A stretch of DNA of 64,000 bases from Candidatus Egerieisoma sp. (lineage in GTDB: Bacteria > Bacillota > Clostridia > UBA1212 > UBA1255), in the NCBI GenBank assembly GCA_045580735.1, contig JAZNOJ010000095.1, positions 14,787-78,786 of the forward strand, written 5' to 3'. This document shows positions 48,204 to 57,916 of this stretch, piece by piece (within the stretch, counting starts at the first letter, position 1; every line of letters begins with the position of its first letter). The notes beneath the pieces are model-generated. The model saw only the letters and a list, made by a program, of their open reading frames with translations. It was not told where the DNA came from and ran no database searches. Both the position numbers and the translations under genes were made by a program.

Positions 48204-49925
48204 TTATTTAATCAAAAGCATTGTAAAATTCTCAAGATTCTTGCAAAGCTCTTGGAGGAATCTAGCTGCAGGAGCACCATCCAAAGCTCTGTGGTCGAAT
48301 GTAAGAGAAAGTGTCATTGCTTGATACATCTTCATTTCGCCGTTAACGTTTTTAACGCGAGTTTCGAGTGTATTAACACCTAAGATACCTGTTTGTGGAG
48401 GATTAATAACTGGTGTGAATGACTCGATTCCCATTGTTCCAAGGTTAGTAATTGTAAATGTACCGCCCTTGAGAAGGTCAGGGTTAATTGTACCTGCTTG
48501 AGCATCTGTAGCAAGCTTTTTAGCCTCTGCTGAGATGTCATTAAGTGACTTTAAGTTTGCATCCATAAGTGTTGGAACCATAAGACCTCTTGGAGTATCT
48601 ACAGCTACGCCAATGTGAGCATTCTTAAAGTAACGCATTACAGTACCATCCTCAATGAAGTTAGCATTAAGATCCTTGTGTGCAAGAATTGTTCTTGATA
48701 CAGCATAGATAATAATGTCATTGATTGTGATATTGTTAAGACCGAGCTTATCCTTGTTTTCTTTAAGCTGCTTTCTGAAAGCAAGAATGTTTGTTGCATC
48801 GAAAGAAGCATTGAGTGTAAGCTGAGCCATTGTTGAAAGGGAAGCATGCATTGATCTTGAGATAACCTTACGGATATTTGGAATCTTAACATCCTCATAA
48901 TCAGCATCAGCTTTAGCAGCAACAGGTGCAGCAGGAGCAGGAGCTTCAGCCTTAGCAGCAGGAGCATTGAGATCAGAAACAGAAATCTTACCTGCAAAGC
49001 CTGTAGCATTCATGCCTTCCTTAGCACAAGCGCTAGCAGCGTATGTTGTGTTGCCACCATTTGCAATAAAGTCTTTTACATCTCTTTCGATAATTCTGCC
49101 ATAAGGGCCTGTTCCAGCTACGAAAGCAGGGTTTACACCAGCTCTTTCAGCACAGTTCTTAGCTCTTGGAGAAATAAAAATCTTACCATCAGCATTTACT
49201 GGGGCTGCTTGAACAGGAGCAGCAGTTTGAGCAACAGGAGCTACAACAGGAGCTTCTTGCGCTGGAGCTGCTTCAGGTGCAGGAGCACCGTTTGGATCAA
49301 ATTCTGCATATGTATCACCAGCTTCACCGATAACACAAACATTTGTAAGGCAAGGAACGTCATCGCCCTCTTCAAAGAAGATTGCGAGAACAGTGCCATC
49401 AAATTTTGATTCTTCATCAAAAGTAGCTTTATCTGTTTCATATGTGAAAAGATTGTCTCCAACCTTAACCTGATCGCCTACTTTTATATTCCATTTAGAA
49501 ATAATACAGCTTTCTACTGATTGTCCCTGACGAGGCATAATTACAGGGTTAGCATTTGATTTTGGTCCTACAGGAGCTGGAGCTGCCACAGGAGCCGGAG
49601 CTGCTACAGGAGCAGGTGCTGCTTCAGCTACAGGAGCCGGAGCTGACTGAGCTGCGCCCTCTGGTGAAAATGCAGAAACATCCTCTCCCTCGTTTCCTAT
49701 AACGCAAACGTTTGTGAGGCAGGGAACATCGTCACCCTCTTCAAAAAAATGAACCAACATAGTACCCTCGACTTTTGCTTCTTCGTCGAACGTAGCTTTG
49801 TCGGTTTCATAAGTGAACAATGTGTCGCCTATTGCAACTTTGTCTCCAACATTCTTGGCCCAATTAGAAATAATGCAGCTTTCAACTGATTGACCTTGTC
49901 TAGGCATAATAATTGGCGTTGCCAT
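48204..49925 (-). CDS. dihydrolipoamide acyltransferase (E2) with two N-terminal lipoyl domains
   Basis: Two copies of the lipoyl-lysine motif FTYETDKATFDEE, Ala/Pro-rich linkers, a peripheral subunit-binding domain, and a catalytic domain with DHRALDG. Confidence 0.92.
   Translation of the reverse strand: MATPIIMPRQGQSVESCIISNWAKNVGDKVAIGDTLFTYETDKATFDEEAKVEGTMLVHFFEEGDDVPCLTNVCVIGNEGEDVSAFSPEGAAQSAPAPVAEAAPAPVAAPAPVAAPAPVGPKSNANPVIMPRQGQSVESCIISKWNIKVGDQVKVGDNLFTYETDKATFDEESKFDGTVLAIFFEEGDDVPCLTNVCVIGEAGDTYAEFDPNGAPAPEAAPAQEAPVVAPVAQTAAPVQAAPVNADGKIFISPRAKNCAERAGVNPAFVAGTGPYGRIIERDVKDFIANGGNTTYAASACAKEGMNATGFAGKISVSDLNAPAAKAEAPAPAAPVAAKADADYEDVKIPNIRKVISRSMHASLSTMAQLTLNASFDATNILAFRKQLKENKDKLGLNNITINDIIIYAVSRTILAHKDLNANFIEDGTVMRYFKNAHIGVAVDTPRGLMVPTLMDANLKSLNDISAEAKKLATDAQAGTINPDLLKGGTFTITNLGTMGIESFTPVINPPQTGILGVNTLETRVKNVNGEMKMYQAMTLSLTFDHRALDGAPAARFLQELCKNLENFTMLLIK
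49308..49925 (-). repeat. tandem lipoyl-domain duplication plus 18-nt-periodic Ala-Pro linker repeats inside the E2 gene
   Basis: Lipoyl domain 1 (about 49686..49925) and domain 2 (about 49308..49547) encode closely related sequences (IIMPRQGQSVESCIIS... versus VIMPRQGQSVESCIIS...). The linker at 49569..49650 repeats ACAGGAGC[CT]GGAGCTGC. Confidence 0.85.
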
Positions 49926-49974
49926 TGGAATAACCTCCTTGATTTAATAATTTAAAATAAATACAATTCATGAT

Positions 49975-50010
49975 TGTTAAAATATAACATTCACTTGTTA
50001 GATTTTAACA
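49975..50010 (-). promoter_or_regulatory. two 15-bp palindromes TGTTA-N5-TAACA spaced 21 bp centre-to-centre; one overlaps the -10 of the E2 operon promoter (candidate operators)
   Basis: Site A spans 49975..49989 (TGTTAaaataTAACA). Site B spans 49996..50010 (TGTTAgatttTAACA). Both are preceded by T, giving TTGTTA. Confidence 0.45.
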
Positions 50011-50030
50011 CTTTGAACATTTATAGTCAA
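50002..50030 (-). promoter_or_regulatory. sigma-A promoter of the E2-E3-E1-deoR operon
   Basis: On the minus strand: TTGACT (50030..50025), 17-nt spacer, TGtTAAAAT (TAAAAT at 50007..50002). It lies about 75 nt upstream of the E2 ATG. Confidence 0.7.
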
Positions 50031-50164
50031 CCTAAAACGCGCTGTTTTTAGAGGTAAAAGAACACTTTTTTATGTTTTTTATACAATAAAATGAATAAAT
50101 ATTTTTAATCATACAATATTTTGATTTTGTTGGGTGAATTACAGTGTTAAAAGTGATCATTTTT

Positions 50165-50207
50165 AATATAAAAATATAACAGGCATTTTTTTATAATGCC
50201 TGTTATA
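50165..50207 (-). terminator. rho-independent terminator of the 50269..51585 gene
   Basis: ATAACAGGCATT (50176..50187) pairs perfectly with AATGCCTGTTAT (50195..50206) across a 7-nt loop. On the minus strand it is followed by ATTTTTATATT. A/T runs on both sides make it potentially bidirectional. Confidence 0.85.
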
Positions 50208-50268
50208 GTATAGAAGAGTAATGAAAAGAAAATTTTAAGTAGTTTGCATAAAGTAAATTGTGGAAAAA

Positions 50269-51585
50269 TTATTCTACCAAGGTACAAGGAACATAGTTAG
50301 CTACTGTGAAGCCTGTTCCCTTGAACTTGTATGCAGCAGAAATTGCTGTGCTAGATTTTTTAGCATTAATTACACATGGTAAAATATTGAATTTTGTGCC
50401 ATCCGTGGGTTTAAAGCTTGTAGTATCAATGGTTCTTCCGTCGGAAGCACAATCTGTGTTTAGCTTTATTGTTTCCCATGGAATAAATGCTTCTATTATG
50501 TAGCTCTTGCTTCCTTCAAAATGACCGGTAGCATAAGCAGATATTTCGTCTTTTATTAAACCCTCTGAATAATTATTTCTAAATACAACTACATTCCCAT
50601 CTGCCTCAGCTCCAAAGGTTAAGAATATGCCACACATATCACCCTTTGAAATAAGATTACCTGGATTAATACCTATTTGAAGGCAATCTACCCCAACCCA
50701 ATTTTCCTTGTTTGTTTTGTAAGAAGGGGAATCATCAAAAATTTCTGCAGCATAATATAATCCCTTGTCATCCCAGGAAAAATATAAATCTGTTTTGTTA
50801 TCACCAATTGAACCAACCCATGTATGAGAATTTGAATTATCCATTGTATATTTTGTTTTATATTCATCTTTAGATATTATTCCGTCAATTGTAGCTGATC
50901 CTTTTGGAATTTCTATAGAAATATCTATAGTGTTCGTTAAAACAGCTCCGTCACTATTGGAATATTTTTTTTCTAAGGTGCTATCATTTGGTCTGTATGC
51001 GTACATGAAACCGCCGATGGGCTCTAAAAAGGGCTGATGTCCTTCCTTAACCTCTGTGCCTTTTTTACATTGTATTCTTTCGTTGCTTCCTGCATCATAT
51101 CTTAAGTAGTTGCCATTTTCATCAATTGAGCTTCCGCACATAAATACATGCTGGGGCATATTGTTAAGGTCAGGATTTACAAAAACAATGTCTCCGGCTT
51201 GAAGAATACTTACATCTGTAATTTTTTCAAAATTATGATCCTCGCACCATGGAATTAATGACCATACATTCATTCCGTTCTGATAAACTTGATTTGTAAA
51301 TCCTGCTCTATACAAAATCCAATCAACCAATCTGTCACAGCTTACAATTTTTTCATTTGGGTCTATAGCTTTTTCGGGATCTAAATGCTCCCAATTTATT
51401 CCAGGGTTTATTTTGGCATCTCCATAAATAAAACCTTCGTCCCTCATGAAGTCTGTAACAATTTGTGCTTCCTGCATTAGCTTATCAGCCAGTGTAATAT
51501 TGGATTCCTCTTTACAGGAACAAAACGGGACAGCTAATATGAGAGTTAAAGCAGCTAATGTTACTTTTTTTAAGAAATTTAACAT
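50269..51585 (-). CDS. secreted lipoprotein with N-terminal papain-like (NlpC/P60-type Cys-His) domain and C-terminal CBM9/DOMON-like carbohydrate-binding domain
   Basis: Signal peptide ending in a Cys-containing ...VPFCSCK. Candidate nucleophile VSCDRLVDW and downstream GDIVFV...QHVFMC. The C-terminal LYFSWDDKGLYYAAEIFDD resembles family-9 CBM-like domains. The assignment is tentative. Confidence 0.4.
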   Translation of the reverse strand: MLNFLKKVTLAALTLILAVPFCSCKEESNITLADKLMQEAQIVTDFMRDEGFIYGDAKINPGINWEHLDPEKAIDPNEKIVSCDRLVDWILYRAGFTNQVYQNGMNVWSLIPWCEDHNFEKITDVSILQAGDIVFVNPDLNNMPQHVFMCGSSIDENGNYLRYDAGSNERIQCKKGTEVKEGHQPFLEPIGGFMYAYRPNDSTLEKKYSNSDGAVLTNTIDISIEIPKGSATIDGIISKDEYKTKYTMDNSNSHTWVGSIGDNKTDLYFSWDDKGLYYAAEIFDDSPSYKTNKENWVGVDCLQIGINPGNLISKGDMCGIFLTFGAEADGNVVVFRNNYSEGLIKDEISAYATGHFEGSKSYIIEAFIPWETIKLNTDCASDGRTIDTTSFKPTDGTKFNILPCVINAKKSSTAISAAYKFKGTGFTVANYVPCTLVE

Positions 51586-51759
51586 GACATTTCTCCTTGT
51601 CTAAATTCTCAACATCTGCATTATATCATAAGGTTTATTTGATTTGTTGCATTTAATTAAAACATTGGGTAAATAAAATGTGACACATTTCTGAAAATTG
51701 TGAAGAAAATTTGAACTAAAGACAGATGAAGGATGGTAACGTGATATTCAATTTGTTGC

Positions 51760-51788
51760 TTGTAAATATAAATTTTAAAGTGTATAAT
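51760..51788 (+). promoter_or_regulatory. promoter upstream of pepV
   Basis: TTGTAA (51760..51765), 17-nt spacer, TATAAT (51783..51788). This leaves an approximately 100-nt 5' UTR. Confidence 0.55.
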
Positions 51789-51891
51789 TTTTTGAAAATT
51801 AGTATTGGTAGTAAGAATTTTATGAAAAGAAAGTGAATTTACATAAGAAAATAACGAGCTTTAGCCGTTGTAGTGTCAGTAGAGGTGTAAT

Positions 51892-53271
51892 ATGAAATTT
51901 GATTTTTATATAGATAAAGAATGGAATAACATGATATCAGACTTAGATAAGCTTGTTTCTGTAAACAGCGTTGGAGATGAGTCTGAGCCAGGTGCACCAT
52001 TTGGAAAAGGTCCGCGAAGGGCATTAGAGGTGGTTCAAAATATTGCCCAATACATGGGTTTCACATCAAAAATAATGTATGATAGAGTTGTGATAATAGA
52101 TTTATTTGATTCTAACGAGCTTCCTGAGATTGGAATATTAGCGCATGCTGACGTGGTTCCTGCAGGGAATGGATGGAATTATGAACCATTTAAGGTAAGC
52201 ATTGAGGGTGAAAATATTTACGGAAGAGGCGTTATTGATAATAAAGGACCTATTATTTCAGCTTTATATGCGATGAAATATATTAAAGAAAATCTTAAAA
52301 TTGAAACAAATGTTAGACTTATTATCGGAAGTGATGAGGAAAGAGGCTCTAGGGATATTGAGTATTATAAAAAAATGGATAGATTACCTAATTATATATT
52401 CACACCGGATGCCAATTATCCACTTATAAATATAGAAAAGGGTAGAGCAACCGGTAATTTTATAAAAAAAATAAATATGCCTGGTGAAAAGAAAATTTTA
52501 AGCGCATATGGTGGTATTGTGATTAATGCTGTTCCTGATAGAGCGTATGCGCGCTTAGTAGGATATTCAATTGAGGAGCTTCAAAATATTTCAAATATGT
52601 GTACTAAAGGTGTTAAATACGAATTTAGAGAAGAAGATGATAATGCTGTTTCTCTTTGTGTATATGGTAATGGTGCACATGCTTCACTTCCGGAAACAGG
52701 AGAAAATGCGATTACAGCTTTATGTGAATTCTTGGCACATATATGCGAGGACTTTAAGAATATTAATAATGCTTGTCCACATGGCGATGTGCATGGTGAT
52801 AGCTTAAATATTAATGTTAGCGATGAATTGTCAGGAAAATTAACATTTTCTTTTGATTTAATGAAGTATGATCATGACATGTTTCAGGGTTCTTTTGATA
52901 TCAGATTTCCTATTTGTTTATCTGGATATGAACTAGAAAATAAATTAATAGATGGATTTAAGTCTTTTGGATTAAAATTAACAGATTATGAAAGCACGGA
53001 GCCGCATCATACAAAAGAAGATTCTATACTTGTTCAAGCTTTATTAGAGGCTTATGAAAATGTAAGTGGTGAAAAAGGAAAAGCATTAGCTGTAGGCGGA
53101 GGTACTTATGCTCACGAAATTGAGGGCGCTGTCGCTTTTGGACCGGAGCTTGCCGGGATTGACAATAAAATACATGGTGCAAATGAATATATAACAGTGG
53201 ATCATTTTAAATTAAACACGAAAATGATACTTGAAGCAATAATAACATTAAATAAAAGAATAAAAATATAA
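51892..53271 (+). CDS. pepV: M20-family dipeptidase PepV (Sapep type)
   Basis: HADVVPAG, GRGVIDNKGP and GSDEE metal-ligand blocks. Length is 459 aa. Confidence 0.85.
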   Translation: MKFDFYIDKEWNNMISDLDKLVSVNSVGDESEPGAPFGKGPRRALEVVQNIAQYMGFTSKIMYDRVVIIDLFDSNELPEIGILAHADVVPAGNGWNYEPFKVSIEGENIYGRGVIDNKGPIISALYAMKYIKENLKIETNVRLIIGSDEERGSRDIEYYKKMDRLPNYIFTPDANYPLINIEKGRATGNFIKKINMPGEKKILSAYGGIVINAVPDRAYARLVGYSIEELQNISNMCTKGVKYEFREEDDNAVSLCVYGNGAHASLPETGENAITALCEFLAHICEDFKNINNACPHGDVHGDSLNINVSDELSGKLTFSFDLMKYDHDMFQGSFDIRFPICLSGYELENKLIDGFKSFGLKLTDYESTEPHHTKEDSILVQALLEAYENVSGEKGKALAVGGGTYAHEIEGAVAFGPELAGIDNKIHGANEYITVDHFKLNTKMILEAIITLNKRIKI

Positions 53272-53393
53272 GTCTGTTTATCGTTGACAAGGTATTTATA
53301 ATTATTGTAAAATCAAATTTGTTTATGATGATATGATGCTTTTGAAAGAAGCTGTTGTATAATTTTGACGATTATCAGTCGGAGGAGAAAAAA

Positions 53394-56300
53394 TTGTATT
53401 TAAAAAGGTTAGAAATGCAAGGCTTTAAGTCTTTCGTAGATAAAACTGTATTAGATTTTAATGATGGGATAACTGCTGTAGTAGGGCCAAACGGAAGTGG
53501 TAAAAGTAATATTTCTGATGCCGTTAAATGGGTACTCGGTGAGCAAAGTCCTAAAACTCTTAGAGGAAGCAGAATGGAGGATGTCATTTTTGCCGGTACT
53601 GAGAGCAGAAAGCCTGTTGGTATGGCAGAGGTATCTCTTATTATAGATAATGAAGATAAGCTTTTAAATATCGAATTTAATGAGGTAAAGATTACAAGAA
53701 GATTATATCGTTCAGGAGATAGCGAATATTTGATTAATAATGCACAATGTAGAATGAAAGACATACATTTGCTTTTTGCTGATACGGGTGTCGGTAAGGA
53801 TGGTTATTCACTTATAGGACAGGGCCGTGTCGATGAAATTTTAAATAGTAAATCTGATGAAAGAAGAAATATCTTTGAAGATGCCTCAGGTATTATGAAA
53901 TACAGAATGAGGAAGGCTGAAAGTGAAAGAAAGCTTAATTTGACTGAACAGAATCTCTTGAGAGTGAATGATATTGTCAATGAGCTTCAGCATCAAATTA
54001 AGCCACTCGAAAAGCAGGCAGAGACTGCAAAAAAATATCTTGATTTTAAATATGCATTAAGAGATATTGAGGTAAATGTATTAGTTGATGGTATAGATTT
54101 TGCAGAGGAACGTTTAAAAAAGGTTTTAGAAAATATTGAGATATTATCAAATGATAAGGCAGAGGCTGAGGGATTATTAGAAGATATCAAGAAGGAAAAT
54201 ACAGACAAAACTGAAAAAGCTAAAATTCTTGCTGATATGCTTTCTTCGTCACGAGAAAAAATTTTTTCCTTTGAAAGAAAAATTGAAAAATTAAAAGGCG
54301 AAATCGAGGTTAATAACGAAAAAATAAAAGCTTCTGAAAATAATAAAAAACGCTTGCAGCTTGAAAAGGAACAACAAAAGCAAAAAAGTGGAGCATATGA
54401 TATAAGAATTAATGAGATGAAGGAAGAGCTTGCTGTATTAAAGGCTACTCTTGAGTCTCATATAGCCGAAAGTGAAAAATTACAGCTGGATTATGACAGT
54501 CAGCAAAAGGATAATGATGAAATTAAGGAAGAAATATCTTCAGTTTTAGATAGAGTGCTTGAAATAAAATTACAACAAGGAAAAGCGCAAAGCTCAATAG
54601 AATCATTTAATAAGCAGATTGAGATGATTACAGAGCGTAAAGTTGGAATTGATAACGAGCTTAATATACTTGAGTCAAATTCTGAAGTAGCTAACAGTGA
54701 AATTGAAGCTGCAGAGAATGAAAGATTATCTGTAGAGCATACTTTAGAGGATATAAAGCAACAATATAAAAACAAAAATGAAGCTCTTGAAACTTCAAAG
54801 CAAAAACAATTTTCTTCTGTAGAAAAAAGCATGAAGGTATCGGCTGCACTTCAAAGTGATTCGGCTAGATTGAAGGCTATTAAGGAAATGGAAGAGGATT
54901 ATGAGGGTTATGCTTTTAGTGTAAAGAAGGTTTTATCTTTATGTAAATCAAATCCTGATTTTGGTAAGGGTATTTGCGGTGCAGTTGCACAAATTATCAG
55001 AGTTAGTGCAGAATATGAAACTGCAATTGAAACAGCATTAGCGCAGGCATATCAAAATATCGTAACCGAAAGTGAAGAGGATGCAAAAAAAGCTATTGAG
55101 TATTTAAAAAAGGGTAGATTCGGAAGGGCAACATTTTTGCCTCTTAGTGCAGTTAATGGAAGACGTTTCGATAATGATACTGTAAGGATACTCGAGGCTG
55201 CTGTAGGATTTTTAGGTATTGCATCTGATGTTGTAGATTTTGACGAAAAATATACAAGGGCAATTGATAGTCTTTTAGGAAGAGTTGCAGTATTTGATAA
55301 TCTTGATAATGCTTTAAAATGTGCGTCTAAAAACAGATACGCATTTATGTGTGTAACACTTGAGGGTGATTTATTAAGAACCTCAGGTGCTATTACAGGT
55401 GGTAGCGTAGAAAAGGGAAAATCTTCTGCTGGAACATTATCTAGAACAAGAGAAATACCAGCACTTGAAAAATCTGTAGCAGCTAATGAAAAGCTTTTAA
55501 AGGACATTAATGAAAATATTGAAAAATATAAAAACGATGTTAAAAATTTAGAAACTGAAAGAGAAGCATTATCGTCAGAAATTCGTTCATTTGAGGTACA
55601 GCTATCACAATGGAATGCTAAATGCTTGGCTATGAAAGAAAAACAGGCAGGAGAAAGTGCAAGACGTGGTAAGCTTGTAGAGGAGCTCAAGATTTTGGTT
55701 AATAATATGCTTGAAGCTAAAAATGGAATAGATGATGCTGAAAATGAACAGGCAGAGCTTGAAAAGGTTTTAGCAGGAGCATTAGAAAAACAAAAAATGC
55801 TTGAAATTAGAAAAGAACATTCAGAAAAGCAGCTAGATGAAGCTAATCAGAGGCTTATAAAGCAAAAGGTTAAAGAGGCTGATTTAAAATCAGCTATTGC
55901 AAGATCTGAAGAGGACAGATTGAGATATGAGGAGGCTTTGTCTGAGGGTGCTGAACATATGGAATATTACGATGCACAGATTAGTGATTGTGATAAAATA
56001 ATTGCTCAAATTTCAGCAAATAATGAATCCTGTTTGACTATGATTGATGATATTGTAAAAGAAAAGGAAGAAGACTCATTAAATCTTACCAAATATGAAG
56101 AAATGAAAGAGAGCCTTGATAAGGATTTAGGAGGAATGCTTGATAAGATAACCGAGGTAAATGATAAAATAAATATTTATACAGATAATCTTAACAAGGC
56201 TGAAATAAAAAAAGTTCGTGAGGAAAGTGAAATTAATTCTAACAAAAACAGACTTTGGGAAGAATATGAGCTTGTTTATTCGCAGGCAAAGGAAATCGTC

Positions 56301-56969
56301 GGCGACAAAAGAGTAGATAATTTCCCTGAAGCTTCTAAAAAAATTAAAGAATTGAAAGCTAGTATTAAGGCATTGGGTCCGGTTAATGTAAATGCTGTAG
56401 AGGAGTATGAAGCCACGAAGGAAAGATATACTTTTATGTCTGCGCAAAAGAAGGATATGGACGAAACAAAATCTAAACTTCAAAAGATTATTTCAGAGCT
56501 TAATTCCGTTATGCGAGAACAGTTTTTACAGCAATTTAAGCTTATTCGAAGTAACTTTAAAGAAGTATTTAGTGAGCTTTTTGGTGGGGGTAAGGCCGAT
56601 ATTGTCTTAGACGAAACACAGGACGTTTTAGAGTGTGGTATTGAAATTCAAGTTCAGCCGCCTGGAAAGAAGCTCCAAAATATGATGCTTTTGTCGGGTG
56701 GAGAAAGAGCACTTACAGCAATTGCGTTGCTATTTGGTATATTAAAAATGCATCCGTCTCCATTTTGCCTATTAGACGAAATTGAAGCTGCGTTAGATGA
56801 TGCGAATGTTTATAGATTATCTGATTATTTAAAAAAGATAAAGGATGATACGCAATTCATAATGATTACACATAGAAAAGGCACAATGGAAAATGCGTGC
56901 TCATTATATGGTGTAACCATGGAAGAAAAAGGAATTTCAAAGGTAATTTCCTTGAAAATGAATAAATAA
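53394..56969 (+). CDS. smc: chromosome segregation protein SMC
   Basis: Walker A GPNGSGKSN, long coiled coils with a central hinge, signature LSGGERALTAIALLF, and Walker B CLLDEIEAALD. The start is trimmed to TTG 53394 (M-YLKRLEMQGFKSF) because GGAGGAG lies 6 nt upstream. Confidence 0.93.
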   Translation: MYLKRLEMQGFKSFVDKTVLDFNDGITAVVGPNGSGKSNISDAVKWVLGEQSPKTLRGSRMEDVIFAGTESRKPVGMAEVSLIIDNEDKLLNIEFNEVKITRRLYRSGDSEYLINNAQCRMKDIHLLFADTGVGKDGYSLIGQGRVDEILNSKSDERRNIFEDASGIMKYRMRKAESERKLNLTEQNLLRVNDIVNELQHQIKPLEKQAETAKKYLDFKYALRDIEVNVLVDGIDFAEERLKKVLENIEILSNDKAEAEGLLEDIKKENTDKTEKAKILADMLSSSREKIFSFERKIEKLKGEIEVNNEKIKASENNKKRLQLEKEQQKQKSGAYDIRINEMKEELAVLKATLESHIAESEKLQLDYDSQQKDNDEIKEEISSVLDRVLEIKLQQGKAQSSIESFNKQIEMITERKVGIDNELNILESNSEVANSEIEAAENERLSVEHTLEDIKQQYKNKNEALETSKQKQFSSVEKSMKVSAALQSDSARLKAIKEMEEDYEGYAFSVKKVLSLCKSNPDFGKGICGAVAQIIRVSAEYETAIETALAQAYQNIVTESEEDAKKAIEYLKKGRFGRATFLPLSAVNGRRFDNDTVRILEAAVGFLGIASDVVDFDEKYTRAIDSLLGRVAVFDNLDNALKCASKNRYAFMCVTLEGDLLRTSGAITGGSVEKGKSSAGTLSRTREIPALEKSVAANEKLLKDINENIEKYKNDVKNLETEREALSSEIRSFEVQLSQWNAKCLAMKEKQAGESARRGKLVEELKILVNNMLEAKNGIDDAENEQAELEKVLAGALEKQKMLEIRKEHSEKQLDEANQRLIKQKVKEADLKSAIARSEEDRLRYEEALSEGAEHMEYYDAQISDCDKIIAQISANNESCLTMIDDIVKEKEEDSLNLTKYEEMKESLDKDLGGMLDKITEVNDKINIYTDNLNKAEIKKVREESEINSNKNRLWEEYELVYSQAKEIVGDKRVDNFPEASKKIKELKASIKALGPVNVNAVEEYEATKERYTFMSAQKKDMDETKSKLQKIISELNSVMREQFLQQFKLIRSNFKEVFSELFGGGKADIVLDETQDVLECGIEIQVQPPGKKLQNMMLLSGGERALTAIALLFGILKMHPSPFCLLDEIEAALDDANVYRLSDYLKKIKDDTQFIMITHRKGTMENACSLYGVTMEEKGISKVISLKMNK

Positions 56970-56995
56970 TCATCATTGCTTGAAAGGAGCTTATT

Positions 56996-57904
56996 ATGGG
57001 TTTTTTTAATAAATTAAAAGAGGGCTTGAAAAAAACTAAGGACAGCTTTCTTGGTAAGGTTGATACGATTTTAGCAGGCTTTGGTAAAATTGATGAGGAT
57101 TTTTTTGAAGAGCTAGAGAATATTTTGATTTCTTCTGATTTTGGTGTACAGACAACGGAGGAAATATTAGATGAGTTAAAAAGCTTAGTTAAGGAAAACA
57201 AGCTGACCGATCCTTCACAGATTAAAGGTGAACTTAAAAATATTATTTCACACTTACTTGATATTGGTGAAAAAGGTCTTGATTTAAATGATGTACCGGC
57301 TGTAATATCCATAATTGGAGTAAATGGTGTTGGTAAAACCACTTCTATAGGTAAAATTGCTAATTTATATAAATCAAATGGTAAAAAGGTTTTACTTGCA
57401 GCAGGAGATACTTTTAGGGCGGCAGCTATTGACCAGCTTGCTATTTGGGCAGACAGATGTAAGGTAGAAATGATAAAACAAGGAGAGGGCGCTGATCCTG
57501 CGGCTGTGTTATTTGATGCCTGTCGTGCTGCTAAAGCAAGAAATACAGATGTTTTGATATGTGATACAGCCGGAAGACTTCATAATAAGAAAAATCTTAT
57601 GGATGAGCTTGCTAAAATGGCTAGAGTTGTTTCAAAGGAGATGCCGGGAATTCGTCATGAAACATTTTTGGTGCTTGATTCTACAACCGGACAAAATGCC
57701 GTAAATCAGGCTCGGGCATTTTCTGAGGTTGCCAATATTACCGGTATTATTCTTACAAAGCTTGATGGCTCATCGAAGGGTGGAATAATTGTTTCTATTT
57801 GTAATGAGCTTAAGATTCCTGTAAGATTAGTTGGTGTTGGAGAGGGAATTGATGATATGCAACCATTTTCCTCAGAAGATTTTGTAAATGCATTATTTGA
57901 ATAA
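56996..57904 (+). CDS. ftsY: signal recognition particle receptor FtsY
   Basis: SRP-GTPase motifs GVNGVGKTT, DTAGR and TKLDG. Confidence 0.93.
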   Translation: MGFFNKLKEGLKKTKDSFLGKVDTILAGFGKIDEDFFEELENILISSDFGVQTTEEILDELKSLVKENKLTDPSQIKGELKNIISHLLDIGEKGLDLNDVPAVISIIGVNGVGKTTSIGKIANLYKSNGKKVLLAAGDTFRAAAIDQLAIWADRCKVEMIKQGEGADPAAVLFDACRAAKARNTDVLICDTAGRLHNKKNLMDELAKMARVVSKEMPGIRHETFLVLDSTTGQNAVNQARAFSEVANITGIILTKLDGSSKGGIIVSICNELKIPVRLVGVGEGIDDMQPFSSEDFVNALFE

Positions 57905-57916
57905 AGAGGCGGTAGT

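Noticed and set aside
48638-49009. A 123-aa same-strand alternative-frame ORF inside the E2 gene (Leu-rich).
   Set aside because: It is a frame-shifted reading of the Ala/Pro linker and catalytic-domain codons. It shows no start context and has implausible composition.
49975-50010. Calling the twin palindromes canonical Rex boxes.
   Set aside because: The half-sites fit TTGTTA/TAACA, but the spacing is one nucleotide shorter than the 7-4-7 clostridial Rex consensus. I therefore keep them as unassigned operators.
53375-57342. Long antisense ORFs inside smc and ftsY (53375..53764, 54500..54832, 55052..55690 at 212 aa, 56127..56483, 56866..57342).
   Set aside because: These are Ser/Phe/Leu-rich low-complexity translations, as expected from the reverse complement of Glu/Lys/Leu-rich coiled-coil codons. 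They have no RBS and overlap a confidently identified gene.
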